A stretch of DNA of 64,000 bases from a virus. Taxonomy: Duplodnaviria; Caudoviricetes. Of the stretch, positions 1 through 8,092 are shown piece after piece. The position numbers and the translations under genes were made by a program. The DNA is taken from the IMG/VR virus record IMGVR_UViG_2738541225_000002, positions 1-64,000 of that record, one strand, 5' to 3'. A model generated the notes under the pieces. It was not told the origin of the DNA. It saw only the letters and a list, made by a program, of their open reading frames with translations, and did not search any database. Within the stretch, counting starts at the first letter, position 1. Every line of letters starts with the position of its first letter.

Positions 1-19
1 TTATTGAATAAAATCAATG

Positions 20-57
20 ATAAGCAGTGTCGTAAAACCACCTACGGGTGGTTTTTT
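20..57 (+). terminator. tRNA-downstream terminator, copy 1 of a 38-bp repeat
   Basis: AAACCACC-TACG-GGTGGTTTTTT hairpin plus T tract; one mismatch to 36255-36292. Confidence 0.8.
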
Positions 58-76
58 CATTTCTGTAATCTGCATT

Positions 77-98
77 TCCGAAGATGCATCCGAAGATG
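77..98. repeat. Putative integrase arm-type sites of prophage 1
   Basis: TCCGAAGATG twice (77-86, 89-98) between att and the integrase stop; related inverted copy ATGTTCGGA at 36121. Confidence 0.5.
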
Positions 99-122
99 AT
101 TTTTCCACGGACGCATAGCGAT

Positions 123-1139
123 TCATTTTCTCTGACCGCCGACAACCGGCACAATTTTAGTTTTCCTGTCATAAATCGCGGTTTGCCTCGAGTTTTTATG
201 CCCTGAAATAGCCTGTTTCTCCTCGAGGCTTCCTTCCAGATCAGAGACACCTTTCGCCTTCAGATCGTGAAATGTGAAATCTATCTGCAGGTGAGGGTGT
301 TTTTCCTGCGCTGCGATTTTGGCGTCGCGCCAGCGTGAGTTAAAACCGTCGCGGGTGTATTTGCTGCCGGCGGGTTGGTGAATGACGAAGAGGCTACGAA
401 TACCCGGCTTTAATGGCAGGGAGCGGGCCAGCGCCACCGCAGCGCGCAGGCGAGGCGACCACGCCTTGATTTGCTTAACGCCTGTTTTACCCTGGCGAAT
501 AAAGATCCCGGTGTCGCGCAGCTGGTCTTCCGTCAAAGACAGTACATCGCTTTGCCTGGCCAAACACAAATAAGCGATTTCCATAGTGGCGCGCACAACG
601 TCAGGAGCAACGTCATAAACCGCCTGGTATTCTTCATCGGTGATGTAGCGCTCGCGGGAGACCTCTTTAAACTGCTTAACACCCTGGCAGGGGTTGCGCT
701 CGACATAGCCGCGTTCATAGCCCCAACGGAATACACGCGAAAGAAAACTCTTTTCCCGGTTGGCCTGGGTGCGGCTGGACAGGCCCCGCTGATCCATATA
801 GCGGCGGATGTGCTCAGGCTTAATTTTGTCCGGGTGCACCTTCCCAAAGACCGGTAAAACTTTACTCGCGTATTTCGTATAGTCTTTCCTGGTTTCAGCT
901 GCTAAATCCATAAAATCGGGGGAGCACATGAACCGCTCGGCCAGCACCTGAAATGTCTTTCTCTCGGCTTCCTCGCCCATTACTTTTTCGTAGGCCAGCC
1001 ATACGGCTGATTGTGGTTCAGTCAGCGCGCAAAGGCGTACAGCTTTGTTATCCTTACTCCTGAATTCAAAGGCTGCTTTGCCCCGATATACGCGGGGCGG
1101 CATCCAGTTATCGGCGGGGTTTTTACGCTTTCCGGCCAT
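123..1139 (-). CDS. int: Tyrosine integrase
   Basis: R...FHDLKAKG...SGH...Y catalytic motifs; start taken at MAGKRKNP. Confidence 0.95.
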   Translation of the reverse strand: MAGKRKNPADNWMPPRVYRGKAAFEFRSKDNKAVRLCALTEPQSAVWLAYEKVMGEEAERKTFQVLAERFMCSPDFMDLAAETRKDYTKYASKVLPVFGKVHPDKIKPEHIRRYMDQRGLSSRTQANREKSFLSRVFRWGYERGYVERNPCQGVKQFKEVSRERYITDEEYQAVYDVAPDVVRATMEIAYLCLARQSDVLSLTEDQLRDTGIFIRQGKTGVKQIKAWSPRLRAAVALARSLPLKPGIRSLFVIHQPAGSKYTRDGFNSRWRDAKIAAQEKHPHLQIDFTFHDLKAKGVSDLEGSLEEKQAISGHKNSRQTAIYDRKTKIVPVVGGQRK

Positions 1140-1368
1140 TAAAGATAGCTCCGAAGTCTGGTTCGTCATCCTCCCGTAAAGGCTCTTCCTGATTGCGATA
1201 CTTGATCGGGTTCAGGAAATGCCCCCACGTCGTTTTAGGGTGGCCGTCTGCTCGTTCCATGAAGAAGATACCAGCCCGGCGCAATGCGTCGCATTGTTTC
1301 GATTTAAGTGGGGTCCCCGTCAGTTCGATCATTTCTTCCCGGGTGATGATGTCGTGATCGTGTCTCAT
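1123..1368 (-). CDS. Excisionase-like protein (DUF4224-type)
   Basis: 81 aa overlapping the int start; homologous to 37354-37584; RBS AGAGGAAAGACC. Confidence 0.8.
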   Translation of the reverse strand: MRHDHDIITREEMIELTGTPLKSKQCDALRRAGIFFMERADGHPKTTWGHFLNPIKYRNQEEPLREDDEPDFGAIFNGRKA

Positions 1369-1528
1369 GGTCTTTCCTCTGCACGCGGGCTATAGCGCTG
1401 TCTGCCTCTTCGCAAGCGCGTTGAATGTCGGACTGGGTCAATGTCCGTTTTCTGACGCTGGCCGATAGCCTGCCAATTTTGATATCGAAATCTGAAAGTA
1501 GAATGGTACCTGGTTGCCATCGCAGCAT
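1304..1528 (-). CDS. Hypothetical early protein
   Basis: ATG at 1528 preceded by GGAGACCACA RBS; 74 aa. Confidence 0.5.
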   Translation of the reverse strand: MLRWQPGTILLSDFDIKIGRLSASVRKRTLTQSDIQRACEEADSAIARVQRKDHETRSRHHHPGRNDRTDGDPT

Positions 1529-1577
1529 TGTGGTCTCCGTTGATAGGGTGAACCACAATGCTAACGACAGCTGCGGG

Positions 1578-1763
1578 TTATTTCTGATTAGGCTTAATCA
1601 GGTTTGGTTTGTTGAGAAATGCACCTTTCTCCCGGGTTATCTTCACGTTCCGGGGAAAGTGCATGCCGAGCTCGCTGCGTGCGAACGCTTCGATTATGGC
1701 GTTGGTGCCGTCTGGTAGAACGACATGCACCGCATCGCCTTGCTTCAGGGAGAGTTTCAGCAT
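1578..1763 (-). CDS. CsrA/RsmA-like small RNA-binding protein
   Basis: 61 aa. MLxLxxxxG start and GxxxPxxVxxxRE end align by eye with CsrA (MLILTRRVGE...GVNAPKEVSVHRE). Confidence 0.65.
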   Translation of the reverse strand: MLKLSLKQGDAVHVVLPDGTNAIIEAFARSELGMHFPRNVKITREKGAFLNKPNLIKPNQK

Positions 1764-1764
1764 A

Positions 1765-2328
1765 TCAGCGCACCTGCAGTGAACGTTCGCCGATCTCCAG
1801 ATGGGCGCCCGGTACCGGATTTAACAGCTCTGCTGGCACCTCTCCGCCCTCGGCGGTGATTTGTGCGGCTGCGGCCTGTGCAGCTTCCAGCGCCTCTTTG
1901 ATGGCCTGTTTATCGGGAGCGATTACAACCTGAGTGGTCACCAGTTCATCAGGGATCAGATCGGTATTATCGATCACCACGCTGACGCTACCTTTGCGAG
2001 CGGTGAACGTGTTTTTTGCCGTTTTCAGCTTATCCAGTCCGGCGGCCATCAGGCAGGACAGAATATACTTACGCAGGGCCTTATCTTTATTCTCAAAGGA
2101 TTTCTTGCGCTCGGCCAGGCGCTTCATTTCATCATCGCAGGTGCTGGCCTTGCCCAGGTTATTGCGTGCGATCACCATGACAGCATCCAGTTTGTCAGCC
2201 AGCGCGCCTTCAAGACCTTCCAGCGTATCGGCAATCATTTCCGGGGTCAGGTCATCAGAGCTTTCCAGCAGCTGCAGCAGGTTCTGGTAGTCGGCAGCGA
2301 TAGCAATAGCAGTAGTAGTGGAAGTCAT
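1765..2328 (-). CDS. Siphovirus Gp157-family protein
   Basis: Coiled-coil N-terminus; SVVIDNTDLIPDE...PDKQAIKEAL...VPGAHLE pattern. Confidence 0.8.
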   Translation of the reverse strand: MTSTTTAIAIAADYQNLLQLLESSDDLTPEMIADTLEGLEGALADKLDAVMVIARNNLGKASTCDDEMKRLAERKKSFENKDKALRKYILSCLMAAGLDKLKTAKNTFTARKGSVSVVIDNTDLIPDELVTTQVVIAPDKQAIKEALEAAQAAAAQITAEGGEVPAELLNPVPGAHLEIGERSLQVR

Positions 2329-4490
2329 TATGCTTTCTCCTCGGATTTGTTCAGTTCGGCGATACGTGCATTTTTGATATCTGTCAGGCGGCGCAGGCGG
2401 CTGCTGAGATGGCGGGAGTGCTGAGTGTCTCCTTTTGATTCTGCATCCTTGCGGTGTATCTCCAGCTCCCGGGCGATAGGGGCAAACACCTTGTTAACTT
2501 CATTGGCCGATACGGCGGTGGCGAGCGTGTTGGCTACACGGGTCAGTTTGTCGTCAAACTCCTGGCGCAAGCGCGCTGCATCCTCGGCGGTTTCGCTGGC
2601 GTTTTTGAGGTCAAACTCAGCTTTGTTTTTCTGGCGGTACTCCAGATTGTCGTAAAGGCCCATGAAAATATCGCCGCTGAATCCGAGGCCGGATAACGCC
2701 TTTTTGGTGGCGTCCGTCAGCGATTTTTTAGCAGCTTCGCCGTCGCAGATCGGGCCGTATTTGCTGCCGTAAATATATGGCGTGGAACCGTACGCGTATT
2801 CCTCACCGCGAACGCCGTTCACCAGAAACCACAGGCGAATTTTGATTACGTGGTGTTTTTCAGTGAGGAGGCCGCCATTGCCGTCGGAGATCACTTCCCA
2901 TGCCTGGTTGTTTTCGCTACCCTGGGTCTTACGAGTTATCGGCGCGCCATTGTCGAAACGCTCTTCGATGATATCCACGCCCCAGCCGATCCCCTTCATG
3001 CCAAACTCTTTGGTCGCCATCATGGTCAGATACGTGCCGTTGATCGAGGTGCCGCCGCCGTTTTGCGTGAAGGCTTTGGTAAAGCGCTCATCGGTTTTGA
3101 AGACGCGCTTCCACAGCGCCAGGTTGTCCTCTTCGGTGCCTGGCTTACCGACTGACTGTACGACCTCTTCAGCGCTCGGTAGCACTTCTTGCTGATTTAC
3201 CTGCACAACCAACTGAGCGGCATCACCAGCAATCTTTTCCGCTTTAACGCTTAACTTTTCCTCGGGTTCGCTGGCGTTGTCTTTGTCGGACGCATAAACG
3301 CCATAACCCATATCGTTAAGCGCCTCACGCGCCTGTTTCGCTTGGGTATCCGTTACAACCGGCGGCGCTACTTCCGCTTTTTCGCCTTCATTTGAGGCAA
3401 TATTTTGCGTTGCTTTAACTTCTGACTGCTTAACGGATCCGGTTTCGCCTTCTTCAAAACGGCCGTTAGCTTCCAGCCATGAAGCGATGTGGCGGCGCAG
3501 GCTTTCGGGGAAATGGTAGGTATCTTTTGCCGGCGCGTTCTGCACAACGCCAAAGATGCTGGCGCGGTCGTATTTGAGGATCTCCGGGGTAGTGCGCAGA
3601 GATGCAGACCAGCGTTTAAAGTCTTCCCGCTCCTCGGCAATAATCTTTTCTGCATCGCGGAGGTTGCCGGATAACACCGGCGCTGCAGGCGCGATAGGGA
3701 GGAGGGCGACGGCTATTTCCTGATCCAGTGTTGCGTAGGTGTGTTTGTAACCGCGCTGGGGCGCAACGGTAAAACTGGCCGCATCATCGCCAGAATTACT
3801 GGCAGCCAGTGAAGATGATTTATTAGCTGATGCGAGTATTTCGTCGCGCTTGCCCGGATTTTCAAGCCAGCGTTTTACAAACTGAGAAATAGCCGCTTTG
3901 CCCGGCGACTGGTTTTCAAAGTTGGTGAAGATCCCCTGAATCAGGTTATTCAGCCCTTCAACGTGCATGTGTTGAACCGGCTCGTTATTGTGCAGGGCAC
4001 ACAGTACATTGTGGTTAAATCGGTCCTCGTCTTCCAGGGGGTCGTCGTGGTTATTCAGGTCGTCCAGATAATCAACAACCTGCGAATAAAGATGACCGTT
4101 CATTTCTGCGTTGCTGAAGAGCAGTACGGCAGCGAAACGCTCCTTGGGCGATACCGTCATCAGATCGATGATTTCATCACCGCCAGGCAGATCCGACATT
4201 TCCGCGCCCTGGCTGTTAACCACCCATTTTTCACCGTCGAAGGTATTCTCTTGGGCGAATTGCTCATCGAACTGGCCGACGGCGGGGCGCGGCTGCCCCA
4301 CGGAGTCTTCCCAGATTTTAGGTTTGAAATAGTTATCGCCGTTTGCCGGGTAAAACTCCCACAGTTTGCCAACCATAATGCTTTCGGCAACCTTCTTATT
4401 TGGCGCATCGATGGCGATGGCCAGCGGCACGGCGCCGCTGTCTTTGATGGCTGATTTTTTCGGCTCAAACAGGCCGTGGTAGATGGTCAT
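2328..4490 (-). CDS. RecE-like N-terminal region fused to a Rad52/Sak-like single-strand annealing domain
   Basis: C-terminal GTSINGTY...FGxxGxGWG...AAKKSLTDATKKALSGLG motif. Confidence 0.65.
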   Translation of the reverse strand: MTIYHGLFEPKKSAIKDSGAVPLAIAIDAPNKKVAESIMVGKLWEFYPANGDNYFKPKIWEDSVGQPRPAVGQFDEQFAQENTFDGEKWVVNSQGAEMSDLPGGDEIIDLMTVSPKERFAAVLLFSNAEMNGHLYSQVVDYLDDLNNHDDPLEDEDRFNHNVLCALHNNEPVQHMHVEGLNNLIQGIFTNFENQSPGKAAISQFVKRWLENPGKRDEILASANKSSSLAASNSGDDAASFTVAPQRGYKHTYATLDQEIAVALLPIAPAAPVLSGNLRDAEKIIAEEREDFKRWSASLRTTPEILKYDRASIFGVVQNAPAKDTYHFPESLRRHIASWLEANGRFEEGETGSVKQSEVKATQNIASNEGEKAEVAPPVVTDTQAKQAREALNDMGYGVYASDKDNASEPEEKLSVKAEKIAGDAAQLVVQVNQQEVLPSAEEVVQSVGKPGTEEDNLALWKRVFKTDERFTKAFTQNGGGTSINGTYLTMMATKEFGMKGIGWGVDIIEERFDNGAPITRKTQGSENNQAWEVISDGNGGLLTEKHHVIKIRLWFLVNGVRGEEYAYGSTPYIYGSKYGPICDGEAAKKSLTDATKKALSGLGFSGDIFMGLYDNLEYRQKNKAEFDLKNASETAEDAARLRQEFDDKLTRVANTLATAVSANEVNKVFAPIARELEIHRKDAESKGDTQHSRHLSSRLRRLTDIKNARIAELNKSEEKA

Positions 4491-4522
4491 TGGTCTTTCC
4501 TCATTCGTGATTAATTCGCTGG

Positions 4523-4807
4523 TTAGGCGTTTTGTTTAATTTCAGGAAGCAGCCCAGAGATCACACGATCTGCGGTGTTTTTTGCTTCTTGCAGCCGTTC
4601 CAGTTCACTTTCTAGTTGAACCTTCTGTCTTTCCGCCAGCTCTTTAATTTCTGAGCTATCGACCTTGAGATAGCACTCGCCATTTCCTCCACCTGCTAAA
4701 ATCCCGGAGGAACTGCATTCGTTACCGCAAATTTTGATGATCCTGTTTGCACGTTCTAAGCCGTCTTTAACTTCTTTAATTCTTTCCAGTAAATTTTTAA
4801 TATCCAT
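4523..4807 (-). CDS. Hypothetical coiled-coil protein
   Basis: 94 aa ORF with AGAGGAAAGACC RBS. Confidence 0.7.
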   Translation of the reverse strand: MDIKNLLERIKEVKDGLERANRIIKICGNECSSSGILAGGGNGECYLKVDSSEIKELAERQKVQLESELERLQEAKNTADRVISGLLPEIKQNA

Positions 4808-4850
4808 GGTCTTTCCTCTTGGTTACTGGCGCTGGTCACGCGCCGGGTCT

Positions 4851-5174
4851 TTAAAACGGAACGTCGTTTTCTTCAATCGGAGTGTGATCTATGCATAGCA
4901 ACTGCTGAATCTGGTCTTCAATAACACCCAACTCCTTCTTAGCTTCGGCAGAGATTTTCTCTTTCTTCGCGCGAAGGGCATGGACCTGCATACCAACAAT
5001 GTCGATGGGTTCTAAAGCCGGAATGGCAACCTCCACCGTTTTAGTCGTAACGAGAACGTACAGATCAGGGTATTGCTGTGACATATCACAGGTGAATGAG
5101 TGATAAGACGTCGGAAGATATGGGTTTGTTGTTGCGAGAACGTAGATAGTTACGGGGATGGTAAGCGCTTCCAT
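4851..5174 (-). CDS. Hypothetical protein, first gene of the pL operon
   Basis: ATG 5174 with AAGGAG RBS; 107 aa. Confidence 0.7.
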   Translation of the reverse strand: MEALTIPVTIYVLATTNPYLPTSYHSFTCDMSQQYPDLYVLVTTKTVEVAIPALEPIDIVGMQVHALRAKKEKISAEAKKELGVIEDQIQQLLCIDHTPIEENDVPF

Positions 5175-5295
5175 AGCGACTCCTTGATGATATATACTCA
5201 GAGCCGATCGGCGACTCTGTCGTTGGTCTTTCCTCGCTGCAGGGTTGGTCCCCTGTAGCATTCCGGGCGGTTTGGTCACTGTCCCGGGTAAATTA

Positions 5296-5317
5296 GCCCA
5301 CTTCGGTGGGCTTTTTT
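5296..5317 (+). terminator. Intrinsic terminator (T tract on the + strand)
   Basis: AGCCCAC-TTCG-GTGGGCT-TTTTT. Confidence 0.65.
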
Positions 5318-5397
5318 ACGCCTGAAGATTGCCGGTCTTTCCCGGCTGTCAGGGCTGGTCAGGCCGCTGGTCTTTCCTCGCGTTGCGTGAATGCTTG

Positions 5398-5565
5398 AAA
5401 AAAATGCCCGGGGCGCCCGGGCCAAGACTACACACAGCAATTTTGGATTCGTTGCGGTCTTTCCCGCATGTCATCGTACTGTCGGCGACCCGAAGAATTC
5501 GCGCCCGTCTTTCCGGACTGTCAGAACTTTCTGAACAACTGCCGCGTGGTTAGTGCGTCGTTGAT
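5398..5565 (-). ncRNA. Putative ~170-nt pL-derived small RNA/leader
   Basis: Runs from the predicted pL start (ATCAACGACGCAC, lambda pL-like) to a GC hairpin plus U7 at 5422-5398; contains two GAAAGA-loop hairpins and an RprA-like segment. Confidence 0.55.
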
Positions 5566-5572
5566 GTGTGAT

Positions 5573-5623
5573 AAATTAGTCATGACTAACATCATAGTCA
5601 AGATTAAAATAAGTCATGACTAA
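5573..5623 (-). promoter_or_regulatory. pL promoter and oL operators, prophage 1
   Basis: TTGACT-17-TAATTT (5601-5573); perfect palindrome TTAGTCATGACTAA at 5576-5589 and near-copy at 5610-5623. Confidence 0.8.
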
Positions 5624-5668
5624 CAAAAAGGTTAAAAGAAAAGATAACTAATTGAGTTATAACTTAAA

Positions 5669-6067
5669 TTATTTTTTGAGTGTTTTTCGTGTGGTTAGAA
5701 GTTCTTCGAATAATTTGTTGAAACCATCTACTTTTTCACGCAATTCATTCAAATGGCGTTCTTTCTCTGATGCTGGTAGCTGATCAAATAATTCTAAAAG
5801 CTCCTGCTGATGGGGGGTTAGTTCAAGCGGCAAATCTTCTACTGAGGCGGGGATTTGATCATCATCTCCGAAAAGAATCCAGGTGGGAGAGCACCGCAAC
5901 ACTTTGCTAAGCCGGAAAAGATTTTTTCCTGTGGGTTCACTATCATCTCTTTCCCATTGGGAAACGGAGACGTGAGAAATCTGCAGCGCCTGTGCCAAAG
6001 AGCGCTGTGTAAAATTCATTTCTTTTCTGCGGTTACGGATCCGCGATCCCGGGGATTCTATCGTCAT
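5669..6067 (-). CDS. Phage repressor (DicA-like XRE HTH, no S24 peptidase domain)
   Basis: TQRSLAQALQISHVSVSQWERDDSEP HTH; 132 aa; divergent from cro. Confidence 0.88.
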   Translation of the reverse strand: MTIESPGSRIRNRRKEMNFTQRSLAQALQISHVSVSQWERDDSEPTGKNLFRLSKVLRCSPTWILFGDDDQIPASVEDLPLELTPHQQELLELFDQLPASEKERHLNELREKVDGFNKLFEELLTTRKTLKK

Positions 6068-6069
6068 CG

Positions 6070-6133
6070 TTAGCTAATACTAAATTCTCTTGACTTAGTT
6101 TGCATTAACCCCTAATTTGTTAGTTATGGCTTA
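6070..6133 (+). promoter_or_regulatory. pR promoter and three oR operators, prophage 1
   Basis: TTGACT-17-TAATTT at 6090-6118; TTAG-N6-YTWA sites at 6070, 6095 and 6120. Confidence 0.75.
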
Positions 6134-6150
6134 CAAAAGGGGAGGCTTAA

Positions 6151-6348
6151 ATGTATAAATCTGACGCAATTAAATACTTTGGCAGTTTAACCAAGTTGGC
6201 GACCGCCGCTGGCGTGCGGTTGCCATCTGCCAGCGCTTGGGGAGATATCATCCCAGAGCGTAGAGCTGCAAGGCTGGATCGAATTACAGAAGGGGAGTTG
6301 AAATACGACCCCGCTCTGTACGACTCCACCCGTTCAAAACAAAGTTAA
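6151..6348 (+). CDS. cro: Cro/DicC-like regulator
   Basis: AIKYFGSLTKLA...W.DIIPERRA pattern and position. Confidence 0.85.
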   Translation: MYKSDAIKYFGSLTKLATAAGVRLPSASAWGDIIPERRAARLDRITEGELKYDPALYDSTRSKQS

Positions 6349-6408
6349 CAACTAGCGTGATCGAAATCTGATTACGCTTAATCAATTTTCAGCGACAGGA
6401 GACGCGAA

Positions 6409-6855
6409 GTGGAAAACCTCGATGAACTGAAACGAGAGATTTTCAACTGGGCAGCGGAAAGCGGGCAGGAGTTTGTCGCCATCGAGATCAGCCGTATGTG
6501 GTTTCGTCTCGGCGGCAATACCGGCGCGCTGAAGCTGCACCAGATTGAAGACGCAGCAGGTAACGCCGACTGGCGGGCCATCAACAACAATCGTCAGCAG
6601 ATCTTTCGCTGGCTGCGTGGCGAGACAAAAGCTGCGCGGGCAAAAACCATAGCCCTTTCCAGAGCGATGGAATCGGCGCTACCGGCGGAACGTTACGCGC
6701 GCTTGGGTATGTCCACCCAGTATTTGATTTGTGTAGCCATACGCGAGTTCGCCGCGGCGATTATAGCGCTGCTGCTGGAGGCAAGAGACGGCCCGCAGCA
6801 GGTGAACAGGGCATTGCAAGCTATGCGGGAAACACAGCGCCTGACCAGCGTTTAA
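6409..6855 (+). CDS. CII-like / YdaT-type regulatory protein
   Basis: Position after cro; NRQQIFRWL...MESALP motif. Confidence 0.65.
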   Translation: MENLDELKREIFNWAAESGQEFVAIEISRMWFRLGGNTGALKLHQIEDAAGNADWRAINNNRQQIFRWLRGETKAARAKTIALSRAMESALPAERYARLGMSTQYLICVAIREFAAAIIALLLEARDGPQQVNRALQAMRETQRLTSV

Positions 6856-6875
6856 CCTGTACCGAGGAAAGACCA

Positions 6876-7097
6876 ATGAGAACACAAGATCGCATCACCT
6901 GGCGAAACGGGTTTCGCCGGAACGGGGTACAAGTCCCGATTGAAGATATCGAATCGATTTTCGAGGAGCGTCGCGCTGCTGCGCTGACGATCTGGGAACG
7001 CTACGAACTGCGCAAAGCGGCCCTGCAGGAAGCGGGACTCTCTCAGAAAGAATACGAAATCGCCTGCCGCCAGCTGGCTGACTCGCTGGGGATCTGA
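6876..7097 (+). CDS. Hypothetical protein
   Basis: ATG 6876 directly after GAGGAAAGACCA; 73 aa. Confidence 0.7.
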   Translation: MRTQDRITWRNGFRRNGVQVPIEDIESIFEERRAAALTIWERYELRKAALQEAGLSQKEYEIACRQLADSLGI

Positions 7098-7099
7098 CG

Positions 7100-8092
7100 A
7101 TGAATATTTTGCCATTACTCGACAGGCCGATCGCCTTCCAGCGTAGTTTTATACGGCTGGATATTGGCGTAACGGCTGCGCTGTTCCTGTCACAAATGAC
7201 CTACTGGACGAACAGATCCGACGATGACGGGTGGGTGTATAAAACTCAGGAAGAATGGGAGGAAGAAACCGGCCTGTCTCGCTATGAGCAGGAGGGGGCG
7301 CGTAAGAAACTCCGTTCAATCGGTGTACTACTTGAAAAAAGAAAAGGCGTTCCAGCACGTCTTTTCTACAAGGTTGATAATGATGTTTTATTTCAGGCAC
7401 TTGTAGCCGCAAACAAGGATGCGGAAAAACCACATACTGGAGTGCGGAAAACCACCAAACAAGTTAGTGGAAAACCAGCAAACTTTCATACAGAGAATAC
7501 TACAGAGAATATAGATCCCCCTAACCCCCAGGAGGGGGAAGGCGATGAACATATTTTTTCTGATGCTCAGAAAGCCCTCGAGTTTTACAACCAGCAGACC
7601 GGTACTCGCTGCCGTGACCTGAAACCGTTTGTGGTGATGCTGACGGCAACGACAACGCGGGAAGGATACACACTGGCTGAACTGCAGCTGGTTATCCGCT
7701 GGGTATTAGCCACATGGCGCCGTCGCAGCAACAGCCTGCCGAAACCCGCGAACATCTGCCGGGTTAACCGCTTTGATGGCTATCTTGCCGACGCTGAGGC
7801 GTGGGCTGTTGTGGCAGCTGAGATCGACCCGGAAGCCGTTATGAACGGCTACAACGAAATTTTCTCTGACGTTCTGCCTGTTGCTGAACTGGACGCCGAT
7901 CGCCGCCGGATGATTACCCGCCTGGCGGCCCACATGAAAAATAAAACTACCGGGGCGTTCCTGGGATACTTCGAAAAATTCCGCGCTGAAGCATCCGATT
8001 TTTATTTCGGTGAAAACGGCGGGTGGCGCGCCAGCTTTGACTACCTGATGAAACCAGAAACGTTACGCAATACCCGGGAAGGTTCGTTATGA
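7100..8092 (+). CDS. Replication initiator (O-like)
   Basis: N-terminal winged-helix GWVYKTQEEWEEETGLSRYEQ; internal repeats; upstream of dnaB. Confidence 0.85.
   Translation: MNILPLLDRPIAFQRSFIRLDIGVTAALFLSQMTYWTNRSDDDGWVYKTQEEWEEETGLSRYEQEGARKKLRSIGVLLEKRKGVPARLFYKVDNDVLFQALVAANKDAEKPHTGVRKTTKQVSGKPANFHTENTTENIDPPNPQEGEGDEHIFSDAQKALEFYNQQTGTRCRDLKPFVVMLTATTTREGYTLAELQLVIRWVLATWRRRSNSLPKPANICRVNRFDGYLADAEAWAVVAAEIDPEAVMNGYNEIFSDVLPVAELDADRRRMITRLAAHMKNKTTGAFLGYFEKFRAEASDFYFGENGGWRASFDYLMKPETLRNTREGSL
7421..7511. repeat. Probable ori iterons, prophage 1
   Basis: Three GYGGAAAA(A)CCA units followed by ACAGAGAATA twice, inside the initiator gene. Confidence 0.55.

Noticed and set aside
882-889. 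Extra GGAAAGAC matches inside int (882-889) and the prophage 2 portal gene (53161)
   Set aside because: Mid-gene, with no hairpin or start codon; consistent with chance.
5200-5565. CRISPR array, or the + strand ORF 5329-5553
   Set aside because: Repeats are only 8-14 nt with irregular spacing and there are no cas genes; the ORF has a TTG start with no RBS and is antisense to pL.
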